A stretch of 62,926 nt of DNA, filler included, from Reclinomonas americana ATCC 50394 (GCA_048213135.1; 18 parts of 18 records of this genome joined end to end with filler, not necessarily neighbours in it); one strand, 5' to 3'; positions 12,981-32,916 are shown, counted from the first letter of the whole stretch. Numbers and translations are program-made. The notes: a model not told the origin generated them from the letters alone.

Positions 12981-13566
12981 CTGAACGAATAGAGCGTGAG
13001 TGAATGTGAAGCTCATCTCTTCCTCCTCCTCCTGTTCTTCTTCTTCTTGTTTTTGTTGTTGTCGTTCTTCTTCTTCTTATTCCTCCTTCTTCTCCTCCTT
13101 CTGTTCTTTCTAACTTCTTCTTCTTACTCGTTTACTTCTCCTCCTCAACCTTCTTCTTCTCCTTCTTCTTCTGCTTGTTTTTGCTCTTGTTCTTCTCCTT
13201 CTTGCTCTTGTTCTTGTTCTTCTCCTTCTTGTTCTTGTTCTTCTTCTTCTTCCTCATTTACTTCTTATTCCTCCTCCTCCTCCTCCTGTTCTTTCTAACT
13301 TTTTCTTCTTCTTCCTCGTTTACTTTTCCTCCTCAATCTTCTTCTTTCTTTCTTTCTTCNNNNNNNNNNNNNNNNNNNNNNNNNNNNNNNNNNNNNNNNN
13401 NNNTTAATTAATTAANNNNNNNNNNNNNNNNNNNNNNNNNNNNNNNNNNNNNNNNNNNNACGTCGTCGTTACGGTCCGAACGGTACGGTAGTAGTAGGTT
13501 ACGTACGACGAGAGAAACGGAACGTAACGTACGTACGTCCGTCCGACGTACGTACGTACGTTACTA

Positions 13567-13648
<82 letters not shown>

Positions 13649-13725
13649 ACGCTCTCCCTTCCTCCTCTCCCTCCTCTCTCTCCCCTCCTCTCTCTCACTC
13701 TCTCTCACCTTTTCTCTTCTTACAG

Positions 13726-14702
13726 GTGCGTTTGTGACTGGTGGCGTTCTCATGGCTGGTCTGGTCAGCTTCCAGAAGGGCGATCGCAACTTGTCACAGC
13801 GCCTCATGCGTGCGCGTGTCATTGGTGAGCTGTCATCATCATCAGTTGACTCGTAACTGATCACCCTCTCTCTCCGGTACTCCACTCTCGTCAAGAACCT
13901 GGTCTTCTTCTGCCTTTGTCTCTCCTCTTTCGCCTCTCCCATTTCGCCTCCCCCATTCCCTTCAGACTCGTGCTTCCACTAGGGCACCTTTCTCTCTTCC
14001 TTCTCCCCTTTCGCCTCTCCCACTCCCCTCAGACTCGTGCTTCCTCTTGGGCGCCTTTCTCTCTTCGTTCTCCATCCTCTCCCCCTTCGCCTCTCCCGCT
14101 CCCTTCAGACTCACTGGGCAGCTGTCACTCACTCCTTCCACATCTCTTTGTCCTTCCCGAACTCGTTGTTCCACTCGGGCATATCACCTGCTTCGGATTA
14201 CTCGCGTGAGCACAGTTCTCTCTCTTTCCGCCTCGGCCTTCCTTCCACTTGAGCATGTTGACTTTCATTCTCCTCTTGCTGCCTTTCTCACTTGCCCACG
14301 CACTTTCACAATTCGCCTCGGCGTTTGCCCTCACCCTCTCCTCCCCTTTGAGCGCTGCCATCTTACGTCTCGCCGGATTCCGTTCCTTCCTTTCTCACTG
14401 TGCATCATTCTATCTCTCTCTCCCCCTCCTCTCTCTCTCTGCCTTTTGCCATCTCTCCTTCTGTCTCTCACGTCGCTGATACGTCACGCACTCCGTACTC
14501 TGACACACCTTCCCTGCTCCCCTCCCCTATCGTTCCACTCACTCCCTTCTCCCTTTTCCCCTCTCTCTTCTCCCCTCTCCCCTCACTCCCCTCCCCTCTC
14601 TCCTCCCCCTCCTCAGCACAAGGAGCAACACTCGCGGCCATGATGGGCTACGTGGCACTGAAGACGGTGACCGACAAGAAGCCGGCCAATGCGCCGCAGT
14701 AA
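13726..14702 (+). CDS. HIG1-domain (HIGD2/Rcf1-like) mitochondrial membrane protein, last 2 exons
   Basis: GAFVTGGVLMAGLVSFQKGDRNLSQRLMRARVI-AQGATLAAMM... contains the QxLMRxRVxAQG HIG1 signature across a phase-1 GT-AG intron. Confidence 0.92.
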
Positions 14703-14867
14703 CCACAACTTACCCGAGAAGAGAAAAGTATCATATATGTAGTAGCAGCTCGTAATCGAATGGATGAATAGCTATAGTGTACGCGTGTGCTCTTGTTTTG
14801 TTTCGTGTGGTGTATCAATCGAAGATCGAGCGCTGAATGGTCTTCAGTGCAGCAGTGAAGTCAATCA

Positions 14868-14977
14868 AGACAACAAATTCATTCACCAACAAACAAGCAA
14901 CAGCTGTCTTGATGACCAAGTTCAACCGTATCCAAAACATCAACACAGACACCAATCTTGAGGCAGCAGCAGCTTCC
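14868..14977 (+). mobile_element. Dispersed element, module B copy
   Basis: Near-identical to the reverse complement of 53853-53960 (CATTCACCAACAAACAAGCAACAGCTGTCTTGATGACCAAGTTCAACCGTATCC...CACAGACACCAATCTTGAGGCAGCAGCAG). Confidence 0.75.
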
Positions 14978-15147
14978 GTGAAGCATTGAACTCGCGGTCG
15001 ATGCAGTGAATGCTGCTCTGCTTGCCTTTGTTGTACTTCTCCATCTCAGTTGCCTCGTGTTCTCCTCACACAACACGACACTCCTTCGCAAGAAAACTCG
15101 TCGACAAGTGGCGTCCTTGTGTCCTTGTTGTTTCCACTCACACAAAC

Positions 15148-16972
15148 ATGCCGCACGCACCAGGCCGCAGCATGGTGTGCGCATGTGTGTCTGTCTCTCC
15201 TCACACAGAGCGCGCTTCTCACACATGCATGCGCACAGGACTTTGTCGGTCAACGCAACTGCGATCGCACGACCACTGCTCTCCTCCTCTCCTTCACTGT
15301 GCGTCTCCTCTCTCTCACTCACTCACAGTGGTGTGTGTGTCTCTCTCACACACGTACTCTCTCATGCAGGTGCTCTCTGTCGTGTGGGGATTCATTGTGC
15401 AGCGATTCTCTCACACGTTGCTCGTGTTGGCCGCTGGAGTGTTGGTGACATCAGTGGTGAGTGTGTGTGTGTGAGAGAGAGAGAGAGCTCTCTCTCTCTC
15501 TCTCTCTCTTGTGCTCATACACTCTCAAGCGATCGCTGCATTGCATTCTTGTCTCTCCTTTACCTCTCATGCCGTGGCCTCCTCTCCTCTCTCCTTCACA
15601 CTCTGTTCTTCTTCTCTTTGACTCCTCTCTCTGCGATCTCTCTGTGTATTTGCATTGCATGTTCGTCTCTCTCTCTCCTCATTTCGTCCCCTTCACGCAG
15701 CTTCCCCCTCTGTCCACCTTCTCTTTGCCTTGCCTCTGTCTGTGTTCATTGCATTGCAACAATGTCTCTTCCTTCTCATCTTTCGGTTTTCATGCTCTTT
15801 CCTGTTTGCTTGCCTTGGCCTCCTCCTCTTCTCCCGCTGCTGCCGCTTTCTCCTCTGTTTCTTCTCTTTGACTCCTCTCTCAGCGATCTCTCTGTGTATT
15901 CATTGCATTGCATGCTCGTCTCTCTCTCCCTCCTCATTTCGTCCCCTTCACGCAGCTTCCCCCTCTGTCCACCTTCTCTTTGCCTTGCCTCTGTCTGTGT
16001 TCATTGCATTGCAACAATGTCTCTTCCTTCTCATCTTTCGGTTTTCATGCTCTTTCCTGTTTGCTTGCCTTGGCCTCCTCCTCCTCTTCTCCCGCTGCTG
16101 CCGCTTCCTCCTTTGCTCTCCTTCTCTTTGCCTTGTCTCCCGGCGATCTCTCTGTGTATTAATTGCATTGTGTGCTCGTCTCTCCTTCATGCAATCTCCT
16201 GTTTGCTTCTTTCGTCCCTCGTTTCGTCGCCTTCACGCAGCTTTCCCCTCTGTCCACCTTCTCTTTGCCTTGCCTCTGTCTGTGTTCATTGCATTGCAAC
16301 AATGTCTCTTCCTTCTCATCTTTCGGTTTTCATGCTCTTTCCTGTTTGCTTGCCTTGGCCTCCTCCTCTTCTCCCGCTGCTGCCGCTTCATCCTTTGCTC
16401 TCCTCCTCTTTGCCTTGTCTCCCAGCGATCTCTCTGTGTATTAATTGCATTGTGTGCTCGTCTCTCCTTCATGCTCCCTCCTGTTTGCTTCTTTCGTCCC
16501 TCGTTTCGTCGCCTTCACGCAGCTTTCCCCTCTCTCTTGTGTTTCGTATCTCATTCTCCAGTTCATCCATCTCATGGCTCGACTCTCTCCTCCCGTCCTC
16601 TTATCTCGGCTCCGTTTACTTGTCTGGTCCGTTTCTCGTGCCCTCGTCTCTTCATGTGTTGCCACACTCTGCACCTGTGCATCCTCTCCCTCTCTAGCTT
16701 TCCCTTTTTCGCTCTCCCAGCTCATCACGCATCCCTCTCTCTTTCCTCTCTTGCACACTCACTTTCCCTTTTATCCCCCTTTCCTCCGCCTTCCCCTTCT
16801 CCACATATTCACTCCATAAACAACCACCACCCTCCCGCAGCTCACACTCCCGGCGTGGCCCATGTGGCGATCAAACCCAGTCGACTGGAAGGCACCGGCG
16901 TATGCCTCGGCCGCTGAAGCCGCCGCAGCGGTGGAGAGCACTCATCCCTCCTCCCAGGCCAGCGTGCAGTGA
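15148..16972 (+). CDS. SPCS1: Signal peptidase complex subunit 1 (SPC12); 4 exons; start at ATG 15148 or 15172
   Basis: M|DFVGQRNCDRTTTALLLSFT|VLSVVWGFIVQRFSHTLLVLAAGVLVTSV|LTLPAWPMWRSNPVDW...* shows the D[FY]xGQ motif, two TM helices and the LPxWPxxRxxPxxW signature. Confidence 0.92.
15590..16535. repeat. Tandem repeat, ~245-285 bp x ~3.5, in SPCS1 intron 3
   Basis: CCTTCACGCAGCTT...CATTGCATTGCAACAATGTCTCTTCCTTCTCATC...GCGATCTCTCTGTGTATT recurs at ~15690, 15945 and 16230, with a partial copy at ~16512. Confidence 0.95.
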
Positions 16973-17000
16973 AGAGCGCCTCTCCTTTCCCCCGTCAATT

Positions 17001-18171
17001 CTACATCAACATCACCGCCTCTGCAAATTGGTAGCGAGTGAGAAAAGCGCACGCAAACACCACGAAGAAAGACGCAGCCGAGCTTACCTACGCGTTCAAT
17101 CTCCACCTCGATCTCTCGCACTTCCTTGACGGCCTTCATCACCTCCACGGGCGTGGCACGACCAGAGGCCTGCTTGCCATAAGTGAGAAACAAGCGAGAG
17201 GAATGAGAGCGGCACACCCACTACTCACCCGCAACGCCTTCAAGTGCATGCGCGCCCTTCCCACCATCGAACGCAGCTCGAGCAAGCGCTCCGCTGGCGG
17301 CACTGGCAACGACTGCGCGATACGATCACCATCAGCACTCTATTCCAAGTCGATCGTCTTTTTCTTCACTCTCCGTTATTCTCCACTGGCTTTCCATATC
17401 GTGCATGATCCCAACCCTCGGTCACGTTCCACTCTCTCCGCTTCATACTGCTGATCACTGCCCACACCCTGCTCTCGTACCTTCTTCTTCTTTTCTCTCC
17501 ATTCTTCCCACCCACCACCTTCTCAATTGCCCACATCCCCTCGCAATCGATCTCCTCTTTCCATCCTTCGCTTTTTCCTGTCTCCCTTCATTCTATTCCT
17601 CCCTTGTCTTCTGATTCCTTCTCGACGCTTTCCCCTTGCTGTTCTCTTCTTTCCGTCCATCTCTTTTCCTGTCTCCCTGCACTCCACTCCTCGCTTATCT
17701 TCTGCCTCTTCTTCGCGCTATTCCCCTCCTTACTCACATCCCTTCCCTTCTTCTCTGCTTTCCTTCCATCTCTTTCCGTTCTCTCTCTCTCTCTCGCCCT
17801 CCTCTGAACTATCTCCTGCCTCCTTCAACACAACAGTCACGGATCATTTCTATGCTCTTGCCACATCCCCTCACAGTTCTTCTTCCCTTTCATCCATCTC
17901 TTTTCCGATCTCCACTCATCAACCGCCGCTCTTCCCATCCTTACTCACATACCATCGCTGATCTTCTCCCATCACCATCCATCTCTCTCTCTCTCTCTCC
18001 ATCTTCTCCTTCCCCCCTTCCCTTCTCCTTCGCCCCCCTTCCCCCATATACCTCAAGTATTNNNNNNNNNNNNNNNNNNNNNNNNNNNNNNNNNNNNNNN
18101 NNNNNTTAATTAATTAANNNNNNNNNNNNNNNNNNNNNNNNNNNNNNNNNNNNNNNNNNNNGTCGCCGTCG

Positions 18172-18231
<60 letters not shown>

Positions 18232-21200
18232 ATTGCGTGAGTGAAAGAAAAGCACAAGAAAAAGAGGCACGGAAACGCACAGAGGGGTTTTGTCGTTCGG
18301 GCCTCGACCGGCGCCGACACCTCCAGTGGCGACTGTCTGCGCGTCGACGACGACGATGATGGTCGTGAGACTGCGGTGCGCGCACGTTGTCGGTCTTCCA
18401 GCTTGCGCTGTCGATCTTGCCGCTCGTTCTCCAGGATGCGCAGCAACGCGCGCTCAGTCGCGCTCACATTGTCGGAACTCGTGTCGTGGCTCTGCGCAAA
18501 AAAAAGTGAGTGAGCACACGGAAGAGTGCGTCACGAAAGAGCACGCAACGATTTCCGTGTCTCTGACAAACGAGGCCATGCTGCCGGGGATGCGCGTTCC
18601 ATTCACGCCGATAGGCGAGTGTGCGTCTGCACACGCAGCATGGAATGAATGAGGACAAGTCTACTAAACTCAACACAAACACACTCACCCCCGTGTCCAT
18701 TGCCGAGGTGTTCCACCTCTTGCCCTTGCTCCTCCTCTCCTTCCACTTCGCCTTCTCCGTCACCCGTCGCCGCCATGAACTGCTGCAACAGATGCTGATT
18801 CACATCAAAGGACCGTCGCAGCCGGTCGAGCTCAGCCAGATACCACGCCTCGCTCGCTGTCTGGACAGGCAGCGTAGTGGCAGCGAGCAGTGGCGTCGTC
18901 TCTGCCGGTCGCACTTGCAGCGAGGCTGGCGTGGAGGCGGCCGTGGAACTCAGTGACGGGTCCGTGGCAGCAACCACACTCAACTCACGGAAGCGACGTG
19001 CGCTGCTCTCGGCCGACGAGGGCACGGCGGGCGGCACCGCCGGCAACGGGTTCATCATCGACAGGTCGCTCACAGAGTGATCGGCTTCTGCAAGAGGGCG
19101 GCGGGGTGAGTGAGTGCGTGTTGCGAGGGACAAGACAGGCACCGGTAGTGGACCTTGCGACTCGACAACAGTGGGCGCGGTGCCTGCAGCAACGCAGAGT
19201 GAGAACGGTGGACCTATACCGGTGAATGCAAGCGCCTTACCATGGTTTGCGACAGGTGTCACTCGCCCAGAGTTGGGAGCTGCGCGAAACAGTCAGCGAC
19301 AAAGAAGCCACGGACACGCAAGAGTGTAGCACATCTCACCAGAGACTCGCGCAGGTATGGGTGGCGGAGGAGGCACGACGGCGGCCTTGTGCTGCTGGTC
19401 GCGTGCCGACAGCTGCGGAGACGGCTCGTGATTCGGCTCCTCGTATGCAAACGAGTCGTCCGTCATGTCGTCCGTCGCCGTGTCCTCATGTTCCGACTCG
19501 CCCGGCGTAGGAGCAGCAGCGCCAGTCACAGTAGTGGGCGCCACCGTAACGCTACCAGACGCCACGTGCGACGCAGATCCAGAGACGTGAGCGCGTGCTG
19601 ATGGAGGACGAGGTCGCTCGCCAGCGAGTGCCAGCACCAGAGCAGGGACATCTGCGTGGTTACCACACAATTAGTTCCCTCGACTCTCGATCTCAGCGAA
19701 GAACAAACAATGGTCAAGCTCGTTTCCGCTGCCTCTTCTCTCTCTTTCTCTCCAACCTTCTTCCTTCTTCTCATCCGGCGCCTATCTTCCTGCTGCTTCG
19801 CCAAGCACGCAACAAAGCAGACATGTGGCAATCTCATTCCCACTGCTTCCCTCTCTCCACAACAGTCACTTTTTCTACATCAGAAGACATAACAGCCAGG
19901 AAACGAGAGGTCCCCCACTCTTCCTTCTCTCCAACCCATGCCCGATGCTTTTCTTCTCTTCTTCAGCCTCACAAGCCACTCATCTTCGCTCGCTCACTCA
20001 CATGCAACAGAGCAGACACGCGGCCAGGCTCATTCTAGTGCTTCCCTCCTTCTCCCTTTTATCGTCACTTTCCTTCACAACAGTCACTCTTTCTACATCA
20101 GCAGACACACCAGTCAAGAGATGAAACTGCATTGCCGTCTTCTCCCTTCTCTTCGCCCCGATGCCCGATGCTTTTCTCTTCATCCCACTCTGTGAACACT
20201 CATGCAACAAAGCAGGCAGGGTACAAGAGGTGGTCCAGCAAATCCCCACCTTTCCTCCTGCTGAATGCTCCTTCTCACAAGCCACTCTTCTTCGCTCGCT
20301 CACCCACACCAACAAAGCAGGCACGACACGAGATGGCCAAGTTATTCCCCACTCTTCCATCCTGCTGAACGCTTCCATCTTCCTCACAGGCCACTCATCT
20401 TCGCTCGCTCACCCACATGCTAAAAGCAAGCAGGCAACGAGGAACGTTCTTCCTTCTCCCTCTTCCCTCTCCCTCTTGCCTCTCCCTTCTTCCCCTCCCT
20501 CTCCTTTGCCCCCCATTCCCCTCCAACAAACCTCCCAATGGCACCTGCACCAAATGATCATTGACGCGCACCGCCGGCGAATACACCGACCGCATCATGA
20601 GGTTCTCGTTCGTGCCCTCCAAACCGGCATTCTTCAGTTGGTCAAACACAGGAGGTACACCGCGGGAGGTGAATTTGTCTGCGACATTGCAAGGCAGTGA
20701 GCACTCAAGCCGATAGCTGTACCTTCTCTCTCTCTCTCTCTCTCAGTTCTCTTCTCAACAGATCATATTCCAACACTCTCATCTCTGAGCCTCTCCTTCT
20801 CTTCTCCTTCTCTTCTCCTCCCACCCTCCAGCCTTTCCCTCTTCATCCCCACCTGGAATGGACGGCAACCCGAGCTCCTGCAACAACCGATCACGCTCCT
20901 CCTTCGGGATCACGTCGTCGAGAGTGAGCGGAGCCGGCGATCGGTGCTCCACCAGCGGCCGTGGCGACGGAACCGAAGAAGTCACCGTGTTCTGTGTAGT
21001 GCTGGTCGCCGACGCCACATCCTACACTACCCGATGAGCAAACACGGCACAAAAGCAAAAGAGATGCACAAAAACACGCAACTGCTTGTGGCTGTGGTTG
21101 TGCCAGTGGTGGTGGCACGATTTCAATAGCAGGAGCGGGCGGCGCTGCCGCGTGCGCCTCCTCCGTGTGCTGTCGCTCCTGCAATCCGCAATGAGCTTCC

Positions 21201-24200
21201 CTGAACGAAAACTGACAGGCAGTGTCACACACGCAACTGTCATATCCAGCGCCATCTCATACATGTGCGTACGCGAAAGCGCACTCTCGGCCTGTGCGAG
21301 CAGCTTGGGCGACGAGGCACTCTCTGTCTGCGCCGCATGTTCGTGCCCATCGGCCAGGCTTGGTGGCGGCGGCTCCTGCAGCGCCGAGTGTGACAGCGCT
21401 CGCAGTTTCGCCTCGGTGACTGCAATCTCCTCTCGCAGTCGGCGCTCGGTGTCTGCTGGCGGCTGCGGCGGCTGCTGCTGCTGCGCCGGTGCCACAACCA
21501 CCACCTCCTCGTCCATGCCTTCCACACCACTGAGATTGTGGAGCATCTGGTGCAGCGAAGTTGTCGTCTCATCGGAGGGGCGCGCAGGGCTCTGCTGCTG
21601 CTGGCCCACCGCCGTCAACTCGAGCACGTTCTCCACAGCTGCACATGAAGAGTGAGTCACAAACAACAACGATTCTCTCTCTCACCTGTCTGCAGCGCAG
21701 TGAACCAACAACCGACAATAGTCTTCTTATCTCTTCAACTCCCTCTTCTCACGTATGTCTGTTGACACCGGGAACAATATTCCTCCGATTTCTCTCCCTC
21801 TGTCACATCTCATTACTCATCTCTCCACCGTTCTCTACTTCTCCTCCGAGACAGAAAGAAACAAAGCCAATCACTCCACTCACATCTCTCTATGATAAAC
21901 AATCACATGCATCCCTTCCCCTTCCCCTCTTCCAGATTCTTCCTCTCCCCACCAGTCTCCTCTGCCAAGCAGCAAGAATCACCAATCAACAATCTTTCAT
22001 CTTCTCCGTCAACCTCCACTCGCGTAAGAACAGACTACTCGCACCAACAACAAATCATACCCTCTGTCTCTCTTCACTCTCTCTTCCCTTTCCCCTCAAC
22101 CCTCTCCTCTGTCAAGGAGTACAACAGCAATCTTCTTTCTCTCTTCTATCTTCAATACTTAATGCAAAGCACATCACCAACAGTGCAATCAATATCCACA
22201 CACCTTCCATCTCTCATCCCCCTCTATCTCACGCTCTCTTTCTCTTCCACTCTCCGCTGCAGAAGTGAAAGTTACCACAACAACATCCTCTGTCGCCTAG
22301 TTTCAAACCCTGACGCAAAGCAGAATCCAGTGTCTTCTTTCTCTGCTCTCTTTCCCCTCCCCTCCCCCCTCCCTTCCCCCTTGCTCCCTCCCTTCTCCCC
22401 ATATCCCCTTCCCCTTACCCCCTTCCCCTTCGCGCACCTCTTCCCCTCAGCGTCCCCGTGGTCACCACCTGCGGCCTGTCATCACTTCGCGTCGGTGGCG
22501 GCGGCGGCTGTCGTGCCTGCTGTGCTGCAGGTGGTGGCGGCGGCGGTGTGGGCACGGCGACGGGCGTCGAACTGCGACTCTTGAACTTCGACAGGTTGAC
22601 GGCGCCGGCAGCCGCACCACCCTCACTCAGCGCCTTGTACATGTCCTCGAGCGACAGCTTCGGCACCGACGACACGGACGGAGAGCGCGCGGGACGTGGC
22701 GGAGTGACCAGCGTCGACGACGACGCGGGTGAGCTGCTGTTGGTCGGCGACTGCGATCGTCCGGGCGGTGACGTGGAGCGGCGGCGCGTCTGCAACTGCT
22801 GCTCAAAGAACTGCTGCTGCGAGCGAATGCGCTGCTCCAGATCTTCGACCTCCCGCCGGAACTGGGTGTCCGTGGGCGAGCCGGCCGGCAGTCGGTCGAG
22901 TCGCTCCGTCAACTTCTCCAGCTGCTCGTACAAGCGCCGCTGGTCCTCCAGGTGATGTGAGCGCATATCCTCGGCCTCGCGACGACGCGCATGCATGAGT
23001 TCCTCGTCGCGAATGCGAGTCAGCATCTCCTGGTGTTCCAGCTCACGCTGCAGAAGTGCCTGCTGTCGCCGCAATTCGCGCAGCAACTCGGCAATCTGCT
23101 GCTGTTGCGTGCGGGTGATGCGCTCAATCTCGCGCGACGGCGACTGCATCTGCTGTTGCTGTTGTTGCTGCTGTTGTTGTTGTTGAGTGAGCAGCGACGC
23201 CAGTTGGCGCTGGTGGTTGCTCAGCTGCTGCTCCAGCCACNNNNNNNNNNNNNNNNNNNNNNNNNNNNNNNNNNNNNNNNNNNNTTAATTAATTAANNNN
23301 NNNNNNNNNNNNNNNNNNNNNNNNNNNNNNNNNNNNNNNNGGCGGCGACCGATTCTGCGGGACCGGTGGCCTGGTGACCGGTTTCGATCGCGGAGGCGAC
23401 TGCGGTCGTTGCGGTGGCGGTGGCTGTCGTCGCGAAGGAGGCTGTTGCTGCTGCTGTTGTTGCTGCTGCTGCTGCCGTTGTTGTGGAGGTGGCAGTGGTG
23501 GCTGTGGCCTGCTGCTGCTGGCGTCGGCCAGCGGCGTTGGCGGCGTAATCGTGAAACACAACGGTGGCACATCGTCCACACGCCGCCTTCCGACCGGACT
23601 GCTGCTGCTCCCACCGCCAGACACGGCCGCCACCGCCGCCGCCGCCACCGACCCCAGAATCAACTTGCGCGGTGGTGTCGGTTCGGCGCGGATCAGCGGC
23701 GCCTGCACCACTGGCGGCTCACTCGGCGGCAACGCCGGCGGCGACACCACCTCCTCAATCACCATCTCCATCGCCTCTCCATCGTCAGAGGACAGCGGAT
23801 CATCATCGCCACGCACACTGCTAATCTCCTCGCTGGCGTCCTCGCCACGTTGCTGCGCGCAGAGATGATGATCGATCAGTCAGCGGGCCTCTGAAAACTG
23901 CTGCTGCAACTCTCGACACCAACCTGCACCACAGCACTCCCACGAGGCACCTCTGCTCCAGCACCCACTGGTGGTGGTGGTGTCGGCTGCTGCGACAGTC
24001 GCGTCGATGCAACAGCCCTCTGCGCGACTGGCGAGCGGGCCCGCATCGACAGCAACTTTGCCACCGACACCAATCCCACAGACTTGCTCGGTGTTTTGGG
24101 CGACAGCAGCGATGATGATGTTGGTGTTGCAGGTGCACCATCCACTCCCGACATGCGCTGTCGCAGCTGCTCACGAATCTCTTGCTCACTCAGCGGGTGC

Positions 24201-24250
24201 CGCAACGCGCGGAACAGCTCTCGCCGACGTCGATCATTCCCACCCAACAT
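17001..24250 (-). CDS. Large hypothetical low-complexity/coiled-coil protein (possibly more than one gene; spans two gaps)
   Basis: Series of GC-rich minus-strand exons from ATG 24250 (MLGGNDRRRRELF...) through polyQ/Pro and coiled-coil segments (QQQIAELLRELRRQQ...) to ...KEVREIEVEIERV-EAVMLM* (TAG 17003-17001). Some internal junctions are unresolved. Confidence 0.6.
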
Positions 24251-24340
24251 CACAGGCACCCTCGAACTCTAAACGCTCTTCTCGTCGATCGCTGAGTGCG
24301 CGCGCCGCTGACTTGCTCTCTCCGCAAGCGCGTCGATCGA

Positions 24341-24681
24341 AGTGCTTTCCACCGTCCGCTTCATCGGTCCGCAAGTAAAGTCTAAAGATCGTCATTCCCG
24401 ACGCCGGTGCACAGCTGCGCACCACGGAGGCATCATTCGCATACAAATCCTCGTTGCAGGCAAGCCATGGGAGGCTACACTGATGGAGAGTGCTTTCCAC
24501 CGTCCACTCCATTGATCCCTTGCACGTTCTCAGAAAAGGGTCACGCGATCACCTTCGCACGCCGATCAAGCTACTTGCTGTGGAGAGAGCATTCTCTCCC
24601 ATTATTCCCATCACAATCCGCGCAAAAAAACCACCCACGAAAACCACTTTGACCAAAGTGCCATTCGACCGTCCACTCCAT
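24341..24681. promoter_or_regulatory. Three copies of a ~20-25 bp motif in a divergent intergenic region
   Basis: AGTGCTTTCCACCGTCCGCT (24341), AGTGCTTTCCACCGTCCACTCCAT (24489) and AGTGCCATTCGACCGTCCACTCCAT (24657) lie between ATGs at 24250(-) and 24722(+). A regulatory role is inferred from position. Confidence 0.45.
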
Positions 24682-24721
24682 CCACCCGTCACGCACACTC
24701 TCACACACACTCAAAGACACC

Positions 24722-31813
<7,092 letters not shown>

Positions 31814-31859
31814 ACGGGGGAGAGTGCGGACAAATGTACAGACTTGCTTACAATCGCGT

Positions 31860-32489
31860 TCATGAGGGGGATCGCTTCTTTTTCGCCAGCAGCTGTTCTA
31901 CCATGGCTTGGGTGGCGCCGTTGGCCGCACCGCCGGCCATTGCCGCGGCCATGGCCAGTGGGGGGAGGCCGATGAAGAGCTGTGTGTGGGGAAAGGAGAT
32001 GAGAAGGAGAAGAGGGAGGTGAAAGGGAGGGAAGAGACAGGTGAAGGAGAAGAAGAGAAGAAAGACTTGAAATGCTGCCACGCTGTCATGCGGAATACAA
32101 TTCAAGGGAGTGCGAGAGGGGAGTGAGAGACTTGCCAACGGTGTCTTCTGAAAGAGAGAGCGAATGCAAAAGGAGAAACAGAGATTGCACAGCAAATGCA
32201 AGCAGGAGNNNNNNNNNNNNNNNNNNNNNNNNNNNNNNNNNNNNNNNNNNNNTTAATTAATTAANNNNNNNNNNNNNNNNNNNNNNNNNNNNNNNNNNNN
32301 NNNNNNNNGAGAGAGAGAGAGAGAGACAGAACGTGACAAACGCTCGCTTCACACCTGCAACACGGGACTCCTCGGCGCCACCGAACCCGCCACTCGCATC
32401 ACAGGTCGCAATCCGACAAACACCGCAGTGGCCGCCGCCGCCGATGCACTCAGCACAGGAAGACCCTCTTGCAGTGCGCGGGAGCTCAT
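31860..32489 (-). CDS. Small (~84 aa) hypothetical hydrophobic protein; 2 visible exons either side of a gap
   Basis: MSSRALQEGLPVLSASAAAATAVFVGLRPVMRVAGSVAPRSPVLQ|LFIGLPPLAMAAAMAGGAANGATQAMVEQLLAKKKRSPS*; phase-0 GTGTGA...CAG junction. Confidence 0.6.
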
Positions 32490-32765
32490 TCCACAGAGAG
32501 AGAGGAGAGGAGGGGAAGTGTGTGTGTGTGTGAAGGAGAGAGAAGGCGACAAGAGACAATCCTGCAGTCCTGCTGCTTCTCAGTCTCTTCCTCTCGCTGT
32601 GAGAGTGCAGTGTGCGTGTGCGAGTGTGTGCGAGTGTGTGACTCTCATTCTCTCGCTGTCCGTGTCTGTCATTCTCTCTGTGCATCTCTGCACCTGTCTC
32701 TGTGGTCACCTTTTGTGTTGACTCTTTGTGTGTCTCTGTCGTTGTTGGTCCCCCTCCGCTCTCTG

Positions 32766-32797
<32 letters not shown>

Positions 32798-32916
32798 GCA
32801 CTCTTGCTCTCGCCCCTCTTCTGCATCTCTCTCTGCGCCTTTCTATTTGTCACTCTCTCCCTTCTCTCTTTCTCTTGCCCTTCTCTTGCCCTTCCCTTCT
32901 TCTCCCTCTCCCGCGA

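Noticed and set aside
13460..13568. Palindromic TACG/CGTA-rich stretch, with similar runs at ~25591-25627, ~27570-27597 and ~30484-30543
   Set aside because: These occur only at contig edges next to microsatellites and follow the T-A-C-G flow order, so they are most likely pyrosequencing read-end noise.
15006..16917. Long 563-aa and 420-aa repetitive ORFs
   Set aside because: They are stop-poor C/T-rich tandem repeats inside SPCS1 intron 3. The real gene is the 4-exon SPCS1.
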